A stretch of 62,430 nt of DNA, the filler included, from an uncultured Myxococcia bacterium (GTDB lineage Bacteria > CAZTWC01): the NCBI GenBank assembly GCA_964617105.1. It is 8 parts of 8 records of this genome, joined end to end, with 100 filler letters (N's around TTAATTAATTAA, not from the genome) between each part and the next. Parts side by side here need not be neighbours in the genome. Positions count along the whole stretch, not along the records: positions 8,027 to 15,867 come from CAZTWC010000170.1; positions 15,968 to 23,794 come from CAZTWC010000171.1; 6 more parts are not named here. One strand, given 5' to 3'. Of this stretch, positions 10,280 through 21,300 are shown one piece after another. The position numbers were made by a program, and so were the translations under genes. The notes below the pieces were generated by a model that saw only the letters and a list, made by a program, of their open reading frames with translations, ran no database searches and was not told the DNA's origin. Numbering within the stretch: the first letter of the stretch is position 1; every line of letters starts with the position of its first letter.

Positions 10280-11062
10280 TTACTTTTCTCTGGGCTGAAT
10301 CGTGCCCCATTTACGAGGCGGTAAAAAGCCCTTTAACTTATCGGTAATCATAGATGGAGGTGTTCTCTTCTGGATAAGAATAATTCCCTCGGTTATTATT
10401 TTCATCAACAGTATCCGCTCTTCCAGCCGCCGTTCTACCTTGACGGAAATAGGATAAAATACCAGGTTAGCCAATAATATACCGTAAAAAGTGGTTATCA
10501 AGGCGGTGGCGATTCCAGGACCGAGAGTATCGAAGGAACCTTTACCCATACTCTGCATCATGGCGATTAGACCTATTAGCGTACCGGCCATTCCAAAGGC
10601 TGGCGACAATTTGGCCATGGTCCTAAACACAGATACATCATGCATCTCACGCTCATAAGCATTTTCTATCCTGGCGGTCATAATAGATTCAATCTCCGGG
10701 ACTGGATATTGATCAACCAGCATTTGCAGCCCGTCTTGAAGAAAATTGTTTTCTATTCCATCCAACTCCCGCTCAAGTTGCAGGGCTCCTTTACGATATG
10801 ACTGAGCAGCCAGGTACTCTATTTCTGAAATATATACTCCAATGGGTAAATCTTCCTTCTTTAAGGTGGTTAAAAAAACATGAAACACTCTCAACACATC
10901 TTTTAGCGGGTAACAGATAAAGGTAGCGGCAAATATACCGCCAAAAACAATGGCTATACTGGCCGGGCTAAAAAACACACCAACATTTGATGTACTGGAA
11001 TAGATGGCGACAATCATCAGGGCTATACCGGAGATAAATCCGATTATGGTGGCTGGATTCAT
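10280..11062 (-). CDS. motA: Flagellar stator subunit MotA/PomA
   Basis: Transmembrane helices with PAFGMAGTLIGL and ALITTFYG; directly upstream of motB. Confidence 0.93.
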   Translation of the reverse strand: MNPATIIGFISGIALMIVAIYSSTSNVGVFFSPASIAIVFGGIFAATFICYPLKDVLRVFHVFLTTLKKEDLPIGVYISEIEYLAAQSYRKGALQLERELDGIENNFLQDGLQMLVDQYPVPEIESIMTARIENAYEREMHDVSVFRTMAKLSPAFGMAGTLIGLIAMMQSMGKGSFDTLGPGIATALITTFYGILLANLVFYPISVKVERRLEERILLMKIITEGIILIQKRTPPSMITDKLKGFLPPRKWGTIQPREK

Positions 11063-11111
11063 AATATTTCTCGCTATAATACCGTTATTTTAGGGTAAAT
11101 TTATTTTCAAA

Positions 11112-11606
11112 TTATAATTTTTGTTTCTTATTTTTGCGTAAATTGTATAATAATTCCACCTCTCCCAGAGGTAAATTCAATTGGTCTGCCACCTGAGCGA
11201 CAGATAATTTTTCATTCTCTATCAACCGGACCACCTCCATGTATTTATTGTTTACCGGAGAAATAGCCCGGGAAGATTGAAGATAATTTTCATAGAGTTG
11301 TAAGACTTTTTCCGATTTATCCAAATACTCTGATAGATCTTTTTTGCTCTCCTCCATTTTCTTGAGGTGATATTTAATTTGGGCAATGCTATCATTTACC
11401 TTTTGGGTAAGATTTTTTGATACGGTTTCACACTGCTCCAACAAATTTCTGAAAGAGCGTTCCAAAGGTTCAATATCCGGCCTGGAATCAAGTTCAGAAT
11501 TGTCTGTTTTAAAGTTTTTTAAAAACTTCTCCCGGTTGATCATAACCACTAAATAAACGGTTAGAGCAATGTTTAATAATACTATTATGGGTAGCCAATG
11601 TGTCAT
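11112..11606 (-). CDS. Membrane-anchored coiled-coil protein with C-terminal HTH-like end (DUF2802-like)
   Basis: N-terminal transmembrane helix, coiled coil, and C-terminal LSVAQVADQLNLPLGEVELL. Confidence 0.6.
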   Translation of the reverse strand: MTHWLPIIVLLNIALTVYLVVMINREKFLKNFKTDNSELDSRPDIEPLERSFRNLLEQCETVSKNLTQKVNDSIAQIKYHLKKMEESKKDLSEYLDKSEKVLQLYENYLQSSRAISPVNNKYMEVVRLIENEKLSVAQVADQLNLPLGEVELLYNLRKNKKQKL

Positions 11607-11714
11607 AAAACTAGAATTTGGTAAATGTTAAAAGGTACGATATAATTATTATGTATTACAATAGGATTTTAATTATCTCAAAAAAGGTAATTCCCTGTCA
11701 AGCAATTATATATT

Positions 11715-12161
11715 ATGAAAAAATTCAAATTCCGTTTTCAAACCGTTCTTACCCAGCGAAAGATCATTGAAGATCAAAAAAAAACCGAATTAGCCAAAGC
11801 CCTGGCGGTAAAAGAGAATATTGTTCAGGAAAAAATTAAGATGAAATCGGAGTTGAATAAAGCCAGGGAAAAACTTAGTTTCACGGGTCCGTCTGCGATT
11901 ACTTCAGACCAGATAGAACTTAACCGCCACTATGCTATATCTTTGGAATCTGCCCTAAAGGAGAAAGATATTGAGATAGAAGAATCAGAAAAAGAGATTG
12001 AAATCTGCCAAAAAACCTTGCATGAAGCGATGAAAGAAAAAAAAATCTTTGAAAAATTAAAAGAGAAGCAGCATCGACAATATATTTATGAAAGTGAAAA
12101 GGAAGAAGCGCAAATTACGGACGAAATCGTGGTGCAACGATACAAATCCGGCCAAATCTAA
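11715..12161 (+). CDS. fliJ: Flagellar export chaperone FliJ
   Basis: MKKFKFRFQTVL start, coiled coil, EKLKEK and DE C-terminus; 148 aa. Confidence 0.85.
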   Translation: MKKFKFRFQTVLTQRKIIEDQKKTELAKALAVKENIVQEKIKMKSELNKAREKLSFTGPSAITSDQIELNRHYAISLESALKEKDIEIEESEKEIEICQKTLHEAMKEKKIFEKLKEKQHRQYIYESEKEEAQITDEIVVQRYKSGQI

Positions 12162-12186
12162 CCATACCAATTATCATCGGGCGACT

Positions 12187-13854
12187 TTACCGATATCTGA
12201 AAACCGGCTTCTCCTTAAGAACCGCAATCTCCCTACGGGCTATAGCGGCCATACTTCCGCGAGGGGATATTTCCAGATATTTTGAATAAAAATGCACCGC
12301 TCTCTGCCAATTCAATAATATGTTTTGATTATACCTGGCCAGATCAAAATAGATCCGGGCATAGCCAGGGGCAATTTTCATGGCCTTTAAGTATTGTTTT
12401 TTAGCCAGATGCCATTTTTTTCTTTTTCCATAGCAATTACCCACTAACAGCATTGCCTTGGCTCGCTTATATTTTTTATCCTCCTGGATTTCATCGCCAA
12501 CATACTTTATCAGTACTTTTATCGCATCGGTGTATCGTTTTTCCTGGTAGTACATTATCCCTACTTCCAGATCGATTTGTGGCTGTCCGGGAAAATATTC
12601 TCCCATATAGATAAATGTCCTAACCGCTTCATCTTTGTCGCCTATATCGCGCATTAAAGTTGCATAAGTTAATTGAGAATAAAAAGAATCTTGACCTTTA
12701 TTTTTAATCTCTTTGGCTATCGAAATCACCGCATTTTTGTGACGTTGATAATCGCTGTTATAAAAATGGGATTCACTTTTGCCGCGACGGCGATTCTTCT
12801 CCTGCTCTATAATAAATCGGGCCATAATTTTTTTTAGCAAAAGGTTGTCTGGTTGCAGTAAAGCCGACTTTTTAAGGTAATCAACAGCCTGGTTGAACCG
12901 AGATTGTTCTCTCATTCTGTATGCTTGAAAAAGAAAATAGCCTATATTATTGAAATGGGTATTTTTATCGTTTTTTTGGGATATAATTTCGGCCATCTCT
13001 GCCAAATCAACTTCTTCTCCAGCCAGCCATTTGGCCATATTTTTAAAAACCAGAAGATCTATCTGTTGGGAAACGGTTAGTTGGGCGGGATCAATTTTAG
13101 TTAGATTTTTACTTATCTCTTTATTTAAGACCGGTTGCTGATAATCGGAGAGTAGATCCAGAAACAAAATGCCCAAAATAGCCTCCGGAAAAAAAGGATT
13201 CTGGTTGAGTATAAAATGGTAATATTTTCTGGCCCTATCAACCTCCATGTGCTTGAGACTCAAATCCGCCAGCAATAATAATACTTCCAGGTTATTTCGG
13301 TTATTGTGCCATGTTTGTTTCAGGTGTTGACGGGCTTCCCGATATTTTCCCTGTTTGATATAGATCTCTCCCAGGGCTATTTGGAGATGAAAAGATTGCG
13401 GTTCTTTGGTTATAGCGGAGGTGAGTAATTCTACTGCCTTATCATGCTCTCCGTTTAGAGCAATACGCATTGCTTTAGCAGCTGTGAACAGGGGAGTATC
13501 CATTTTTCTCTTCTCTGCGACAATAAACAACTTTTCCTGCTCCCTGAGGTCAGATTGGTAGAATCCTCGATAGGAAGATAGAAGGTCAAGGTATAAAAGC
13601 GATGTAACCACCAGATAATGATCCTGGTCTGCCTTTAGAATCTTATTAAACAGTTTTCTGGCTTTTTGAAAACCCAGAGCCGTTCCCCTTTTCATCTCCT
13701 GATTAGCCAACCTGGATGTAACTGATATCATAAGGTGATCTTGCGATACAAAGTAAAGTACAGATGCAGAAAAAACAAACGCTGTTACGGTTAAAATAAT
13801 AACTAGATATCGCTTAAATTTAAATTTACCGCTGGTACTCAAGTTAAACACCAT
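12187..13854 (-). CDS. Membrane-anchored tetratricopeptide-repeat protein
   Basis: N-terminal transmembrane helix; several TPR-like helices (LGEIYIKQGKYREA, YLKAMKIAP, YSKYLEISP). Confidence 0.75.
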   Translation of the reverse strand: MVFNLSTSGKFKFKRYLVIILTVTAFVFSASVLYFVSQDHLMISVTSRLANQEMKRGTALGFQKARKLFNKILKADQDHYLVVTSLLYLDLLSSYRGFYQSDLREQEKLFIVAEKRKMDTPLFTAAKAMRIALNGEHDKAVELLTSAITKEPQSFHLQIALGEIYIKQGKYREARQHLKQTWHNNRNNLEVLLLLADLSLKHMEVDRARKYYHFILNQNPFFPEAILGILFLDLLSDYQQPVLNKEISKNLTKIDPAQLTVSQQIDLLVFKNMAKWLAGEEVDLAEMAEIISQKNDKNTHFNNIGYFLFQAYRMREQSRFNQAVDYLKKSALLQPDNLLLKKIMARFIIEQEKNRRRGKSESHFYNSDYQRHKNAVISIAKEIKNKGQDSFYSQLTYATLMRDIGDKDEAVRTFIYMGEYFPGQPQIDLEVGIMYYQEKRYTDAIKVLIKYVGDEIQEDKKYKRAKAMLLVGNCYGKRKKWHLAKKQYLKAMKIAPGYARIYFDLARYNQNILLNWQRAVHFYSKYLEISPRGSMAAIARREIAVLKEKPVFRYR

Positions 13855-13932
13855 AATGATTTAGGTTTGACATATAAATTCAACTCAGTTATATAATAAC
13901 CACCTTTTTAAATTTATTCAATTGGCAAATCT

Positions 13933-15867
13933 ATGTTTCAAATCGATTGTTTTAGAGCATCCTCTTCTTATGCTCATTTAAAAGATATTCTCCCGGAGCC
14001 ACTCCATCCTTTGGAAGATTTGGCGATGAACTTGTGGTGGTCCTGGAATGGACGTTCCATCCGATTGATGGAAAACATTTGTCCTGAACTTTGGGAAAAG
14101 GAGGGTCATAATCCGGTAAAAATTATCAGAAATATGGAACCGGGCCAATTGGACCGATTAGCGGAAGATAAAACCTTTATCCGCGAAATGATGGTGGTTT
14201 ATCAAGGTCTTAACCACTATCTAACCCATAAAAATACCTGGTATAACCGCCAGGGTTTCGGTCAACTCAAAGGTCCTATAGCCTATTTTTCCGCAGAATT
14301 TGGTATTCACGAATCTTTTCCTATCTACGCCGGCGGCCTGGGGATTTTGGCTGGTGACCATCTTAAATCTGCCAGCGACGTAGGAATTCCCATGATAGGA
14401 GTCGGTCTTTTATATCGTCAAGGATATTTAGTGCAGAGGTTAGACAAAGATGGACAGCAGCACTCCAGCCAAACCAATTCCAATTTTCGAAATTTGCCCA
14501 CCTTACCGGTAAAAGATCATCGCGGATGTGATTTGATGGTCAAAATCGAAATTAACGGCCGTATGGTGCATGCCAGACTATGGTACTCTGACGTGGGTAG
14601 AATAAAATTACTCATGCTTGATACCGACCATGAATTAAACGAAGCCAGAGACAGAAAAATAACCAAGCAACTATACGGCGGCGACAATGAAACCCGTCTC
14701 TCCCAGGAGATATTACTGGGAATGGGCGGTATTAAGGCCTTACGCAAATTGGATGTTGTCCCAGATATCTACCATATTAACGAAGGTCACGCTGCTTTTT
14801 TAAATTTGGAACGGCTCCACTATTTGATCAGGGAATACTATTACTCTCTTGAAGATGCTGTTAAGGTGGTTAACTCCGGAACTGTCTTTACCACCCACAC
14901 TCCAGTACCGGCCGGCCACGACAAGTTTCCCCAGCAGATGATGCAGCGAAACTTTAAAAATTATTGCCATAATTTGAACATCGAATTCAATAACTTAATG
15001 AAATTGGGTCAGGAATCGTCAGTAAAACCGGAATCTTCTTTCAACATGACCATTCTGGCTCTGCGAACCGCTAAATTGGCCAATGGAGTCAGTAAACTCC
15101 ATTCTGAAGTATCTCAGGCCATGTTTCAAAAAATTTACCAGACCAAATACCCCAAAGATGTTCCCATTACCTATATAACTAATGGCGTACATCCTTCTAC
15201 CTGGATAGCAGAAGAGTTAAAAAACCTTTACGATCGCTACCTGCCCTATGACTGGTATGACAAAATAACTTCTCCCAATGTCTGGTCGCAAGTTAACAAT
15301 ATTCCCAATGAGGAGTTGTGGGATGTTCATTGCCTATTAAAAAACAGACTGGTTGAATACTCCCGAAAAAATTATGCCCGACACATGAAGCAAATAGACA
15401 AGCCAATAAAAAAAAGGGCCTTAGATAAAATTCTAAACCCGGATGCACTTACCATCGGTTTTGCCCGTCGTTTTGCACCATACAAACGCGCTACTCTGCT
15501 ACTTAAAGAAAAAAATCGGTTAATCAATCTTTTAAACGATCCTGAACATCCATTGCAGTTTATTTTTTCCGGAAAAGCGCATCCCCGTGACCTTCAAGGA
15601 CAAAGTTTACTAAAAGAGTTGTACCAGTTTTCTAAACGCCCCAAGGTGAAAGGCAAAATAATCTTTCTGGAAAATTACAACATTGACGTGGCCCGATTCC
15701 TGGTTCAAGGGGTTGATATTTGGCTCAATACTCCCATCCGCCCCATGGAAGCCAGCGGTACCAGTGGAGAAAAAGCAGGAATGAACGGTATTTTAAATTT
15801 CAGCATCTTGGATGGCTGGTGGCCGGAATGTGCCGAACATGGTAAAAATGGCTGGAATATAGGCACC
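13933..15867 (+). CDS. glgP: Alpha-glucan (glycogen) phosphorylase, truncated by contig end
   Basis: NLWWSW, YAGGLGILAGDHLKSASD, HINEGH, FARRFAPYKRA and EASGTSGEK. Confidence 0.95.
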
Positions 15868-15967
15868 NNNNNNNNNNNNNNNNNNNNNNNNNNNNNNNNN
15901 NNNNNNNNNNNTTAATTAATTAANNNNNNNNNNNNNNNNNNNNNNNNNNNNNNNNNNNNNNNNNNNN
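15868..15967. other. Artificial contig linker
   Basis: 44 N + TTAATTAATTAA + 44 N. Confidence 0.98.
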
Positions 15968-16975
15968 GCAGATTACATCAAAAGGAGTTTTTACCCCCTT
16001 TGGCAAAATTTGATCTTCAAATAGACCCAACCAGACAAGTCTTTCGATAATTGGATCATCCTGATTCAAGTTTAAAAACGCCGCCACCTGTTCAAGAAGT
16101 TTGGCGCCGGAAGGTTTCTCAATTAAAAAAGCAATAAAATCTCTAAAACTCATCTCTTCAGGATTGGGCAGCAGATTATCCGTTAAAAGCCCCAAATCCA
16201 CTATCTTTTGCCAGGTTTCGCTCCAACCGGCAAAACGGATGGTTCCCCTGAACATGTTTTGAACTTCAGGGATATGGTAAAGTTTAATATAGGTAGTGGC
16301 ATCGCGATTGGGATAAATTTCCAGGTTGTCTATCTCCCCCACCTGAAGAGGTTGGTGATGGTTAAAAAGATCGTTTTGAAGAATATCGATTACTTCACCA
16401 TTTTTTAGGTAACGGGCGCTATTTTTGGCGGCCAGAACCACTCCGGTTGGACTCCAACTGAATTTGTAGCCAAAAGGATTGTTGGCAAACTCTGGCGCTG
16501 GAATGCCGCCGCAATAAGAGTGGAAGGTATTAACCTCTCCTCCATGCCGATGGATATTATCAATCACCCGCATAGCCGACATATGATCAATACCCGGATC
16601 CAACCCCATTTCGTTTAAAATAATTACTCCCGCCTGTCTGGCCTGCTCATCCAAATTTGTCATATCCTGGCTGACATAGGAGGTGGTTAGCATAGATTTT
16701 TTAAATTGCAGACAATATTGGGCTACATCCACATGATGGGCATAGGGAAGCATGCTTATAACTAAATCTGAGTTCTCTACCAACCGGCTTAACTGCTCAG
16801 AGTTTTCCTCCACATTAAGTCCTAAACTACTACCGCGAGGGTTTCCGTTCAATAGAGCGGCGGCCGTCTCTTTCCTGAGGCTGGTGACGGTCAGTTCAAA
16901 TTCAGTTTCTTCCAACAGGTATTGTATTAAAGGCTTGGCTACCATACCAGCGCCAAGGACCAGGATTTTTTTCAT
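15968..16975 (-). CDS. Saccharopine dehydrogenase (glutamate-forming type, SDH), truncated by contig end
   Basis: GAGMVA Rossmann motif, NEMGLDPGIDHM, SYCGG, NPFGYKFSWSP, YPNRD and RGTIR. Confidence 0.9.
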
Positions 16976-17004
16976 TCAGTAGTTCTCCCAATAAACCAAT
17001 TTTT

Positions 17005-18318
17005 TCAGAGATTCAGATGCTTAGTTAAATAATTGTAATTGGCAGTTAATTCGCCTTTATGCAGGATTATCGCCTTTTTGATCTCAGAGGGTATTTGTAA
17101 ATCTATAAACTCGCCGGTGAAATCGGCTCGGCCCAGCGCTGCGATAAAGGGTTGAAGAGAATTGCTGAAATGATCCGAGGCTTCTCTGGGCAACTCACAG
17201 GGTAGATTGTCCACTGCCATGATTGCTACACCCTCCCCTTCAAGGCCATATTTAATTTTACCATCTTCGGGGTTATAGATATAAACCGGATCGCCCGGAG
17301 TGGTGCTTCCCAGGTTGCATTCCACCGAACCCTGGATATCACAAGTGATATCACCTATTACTTGTAAGCGTAAATACTTTTCCTGCCAGCGCTTACGGAG
17401 CCACTCTCTGGTAACCAGCCGGGGATATTCTTCGCTCCAATAGATACAATTAACCAACAGGTCCAGATTGGGTAAATATTGATGGAAAATAGATTTATAT
17501 TTTTTTGGATGAACGTAATAGTCTTGCAAATCAAAGATATCCCCATCTTTTTGGGGTTGAACCAGATGTTCCTCTTTAAATACCGCTACATTTAAATGCT
17601 CTTTAGACAGGCCCGGTTGCCGATTTTCACTTTTAAATTCAGTTGGTGAAACATATTTTACTGGTAAACGTTCAATTATCTCCTGAGCGCCCCGGGCCAC
17701 GTTGCCATATCCAGTAATAGCACAAGTCCAGGGTTTGGCCTGGTTTGGAAAACCAGTGTTTTTTATTTGCTCGCCAATTTTTCCGATATGCTCCATGGCC
17801 TCTTGCAGGTGGTTATATTGGAGGCAGCGTTTAATGGAACTAAGAGGCGTTTTTACTCCTTTTTCTTGCAACCTCTGTCCCCAGGTCCACAAGGTTTCGA
17901 TCATACCGGCCTGTCCAGCCTGTCGTCCGAAAAAAACCAGTCGCCGGCCATCCTGGTCGGCGATTAATTCGTAATCCAGAAGATGACAACCCTGATGCAT
18001 CAATTTTTGCAGCATCGGCATGTTGTAAGGCTGCCCCTTAGTTGTGTGGGAAAAAAACAGATAGGCCATATTGGTTTGAAAGAGATCAGCCGGCATCTCC
18101 TTAACCCCCAAAATAATATTGCAATCAGAAAGATCTTCGGAAATCTTTGCACCAGCGCGTATATACTCTTCTTCCCTATAAACCCGATTGGCTGAGGGCT
18201 GAATAGCAAACTCCAACCCCTCCTCTTTAATCAGTGCCTCCACCTCTCCAGGAGTCAGCGGCACCCGTCGTTCCCACTGATTTTTATCTTCACGCCTGAT
18301 TCCAACTTTTCCCAACAT
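17005..18318 (-). CDS. Lysine-ketoglutarate reductase / lysine-forming saccharopine dehydrogenase (AlaDh/PNT fold)
   Basis: IRREDKNQWERRVPLTP, FFSHTTKGQPYNMPML, LVNCIYW, DITCD and VDNLPCELPREAS match the LKR domain of eukaryotic AASS. Confidence 0.88.
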   Translation of the reverse strand: MLGKVGIRREDKNQWERRVPLTPGEVEALIKEEGLEFAIQPSANRVYREEEYIRAGAKISEDLSDCNIILGVKEMPADLFQTNMAYLFFSHTTKGQPYNMPMLQKLMHQGCHLLDYELIADQDGRRLVFFGRQAGQAGMIETLWTWGQRLQEKGVKTPLSSIKRCLQYNHLQEAMEHIGKIGEQIKNTGFPNQAKPWTCAITGYGNVARGAQEIIERLPVKYVSPTEFKSENRQPGLSKEHLNVAVFKEEHLVQPQKDGDIFDLQDYYVHPKKYKSIFHQYLPNLDLLVNCIYWSEEYPRLVTREWLRKRWQEKYLRLQVIGDITCDIQGSVECNLGSTTPGDPVYIYNPEDGKIKYGLEGEGVAIMAVDNLPCELPREASDHFSNSLQPFIAALGRADFTGEFIDLQIPSEIKKAIILHKGELTANYNYLTKHLNL

Positions 18319-18397
18319 TAAAATGCTCCAAATTATTCAGAGAAGAGAGAATGGGGACCAAGATTTTCTCAATCTTGCCATTCCCCCTTTCTGTTAA

Positions 18398-21300
18398 TCA
18401 ATATTGGGTACACTTATCCACATGCACCTCATCGGTTCTGGTAGGATCGAACCAGATACAATACTCCCGGTTGGAATTGGTCGGAACATCACTGCTCCAA
18501 CTCAAATTTTTAAGATCAAACAATCCACAACCCCAAATATCTTCGATGGTACTCTCTCTGATACCGCACTTGGCTGAACAGGTTTCATAATCACCCGGTT
18601 TTATGGCCTTGGATAGATTAATGGTCTTTAAGGCAGTGCAAAACTTCTTTGTACTGCTGCTTTTATGTTTCAACCAGCAATTGGCAATAGCCAAATACAT
18701 CTTACAGGGCAAATCACTGTCTATGAACTCAATTTGGGGTCCCATGCACTTGTTGGTGGAGGGAACACAAACATTAGGTGAACTACAGTGACTGTCATCC
18801 AGGCAATCCACACACTTTTTGGTCGTGCGCTGGCACTGTTTTCCTTTATCTCCGCAGGCTAAGAGCAAACAAATATCATTGGAGCATTTTTTAGTGTCAG
18901 GATCGCATTTGGCGTTTACAGTACACTGGTCATCACTTTTACAGTCACCTCCTAAAGGCACTTTGCATTTTTTAATCGCAACTCCGTTGGAATAATAACC
19001 AACCACAAGGCAGGAGAGTCCGGTAAGACATTCGCTGTCTTGGGTGCAAACCTTATTGACCATTCTCTTGCAACCGCCGCCAGCCGGATCGCAGATTTTG
19101 GCAGGTGATGCACACTCATCAACCGTTCCATCGCAATCATCGTCTTCGCCATTGCAGATTTCAGAGCCTTTGGGGTTTATAGAGGCATTATCATCATTGC
19201 AGTCATTGCCAAAACAATCGCTGCCCGGTCCATAACCATCCTCATCCTTGTCTATGCACTGGAATTTGTCGCCCACATACTTGTGGCATTTGTCAATATG
19301 GACTTCGTCACGCCAATTAGGATCAAACCACATACAGTACTCGTTATCAGATCCCTCTTTTAGTTCATCTTCCCAATGCAGATTATCCAGGTCCAACAAA
19401 CCGCAGCCAACTATATCGTTGATGGTGTCGTAACTAATCCCTTTGTTTTTAAACTCCGTTTTGGTTCCAGAATTAGCCTGGCACACAAAGTCGTCATACA
19501 GATTAGGTTTTACCTGTTTATCAATTTCAGACGGCATTTTCATCACATAGCAAAAATATTTTTGGCTGTGACTGCCCTTGTTCCAGCATTTGACTATTTT
19601 GTCGTAAATATCCCAGGGAAGTTTATTGTTGTCTACGTTACTGGTGGGGCCAGCGCAGACATTGCGGGAATAAACGCAGGAAAGGTTGGGGGCCAGGGCC
19701 TGACAGTGCTGATCGTTGAAACACTGGACACAGGCGCCATTATTACGATCGCAAACCTGACCGGCAGGGCATGAAAGCAACAGGCAAACATCAGATGAGC
19801 ACTTTTTGGTGGCTGGATCACATTTATGACCCATGGAACAATCGGAATCCACCTGGCAGGAAGAGCCCAAATCGCGCTTGCAAATGTCATTACTGCAGAC
19901 CATCCCGGCTTTACAGGGAACTTTGCTGCTGCAAATCTGATTCAACTCAGCCTTGCACTGGCCATCCTGGCAACCCTGGCCGGTGGGACATTCGTCTATC
20001 TGGCCATCGCAGTTGTTGTCCTTGCCATCACAGATCTCGGGCAGGCCTGGATTCTTCTGCGGATCATTATCATCACAGTCCGGCCCATCGCAGTCCTGGC
20101 CGATGCCATAACCATCTTTGTCATTGTCAGTTGTACAGATGCAAGGAGCATCACTACCATCGCAATTTTCATCTTTCCCATTGCCACAGATATCAGCGGC
20201 TCCCGGGTTCACATTGGGATCGGTTTGGTCGCAATCTGTATCAACACATCCACTGCCCACACCATAACCGTCTTTGTCGGGGTCATCACAGGGACAGGGC
20301 TGGTCACCGCCTTTGCAGTCCTGGTCGATACTGTCACCGCAGATTTCGGCCGCCCCGGGATAAACAACAATGTCTAGATCGTTGCAGTCAGAGTCAAAAC
20401 AGCCTCCACCCTGACCGTAACCGTCGCCGTCCTTATCAATACAATTATAATCTTTTTTAGAGAAATCACTGCACCGTTTGATATGAATTTCGTCCCGACG
20501 GGTGGGATCAAACCACATACAGTAATCCCGGTTGCTGTTGGCCCCAATATTATCGCTCCAGTCCAGGTTGTCCAGGTCAAACATACCGCAGCCGTGGATA
20601 TCTTCGGCAGTTTCCAATTTGACATCGTGTTTTTTAAACTCACTCTTGTCGCTGCTAGAGGCTTTACAGACCCGATCATCGTATTTGCTGTGGTCTAAAT
20701 CAACCCCAACCGGAGTGGTGATAGCATAGCAAAAATATTTTTTATCGTGGTTATCTTTTTCTCCTTTTTTCCAACAATCCTGGATCATTTTGTGAAATTT
20801 CCAGGGAAACTCGCTGGCATCACCGGTTCCTTCGGTGGCTAAACAAACAGCGGTAGAGGGGATACAAACCATGTTAGACCCTTCATCGGAGGGGCAATGG
20901 ACATCAGCGGTGCACTCCACGCAACGTTTATTTTTATGGTCGCATATTCCGGGTGAGGGGCAAGCCACCGGGCACTGGGTGTCCACACACTTTCCAATAG
21001 CCAAATCACAGGTGGCCGGAGGTGCGCACTCAGTGTCTGATTTGCAATCACCTTGCTGTAAAGCCAGACACTTGGAGGCTACACATTTGAATTGATCGGC
21101 ACAGTCATCATCAATATTACATTCTGCATTTAAAGAACTTTTACACACTGGTGAAGATGAACCGCACACTTTGCCAGCCGGACACTCATCAGTATTACCG
21201 TCGCAGTCGTCGTCAATCTGGTTGCAGATCTCTGATTTACCGGGATTAATCTCCGCATTGTTATCATCACAATCTGTAGATATACAACCATTTCCCTGGC

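Noticed and set aside
9566-11062. motA/motB as a Zorya ZorAB defence system or gliding motor
   Set aside because: MotA is normal length with no long ZorA tail, no zorC/D/E is nearby, and fliJ is adjacent.
19376-20460. Long antisense ORFs opposite Cys-rich genes (also 2538-4028 and 30491-31234)
   Set aside because: Shadow ORFs arising from codon bias of the real genes; no motifs or RBS.
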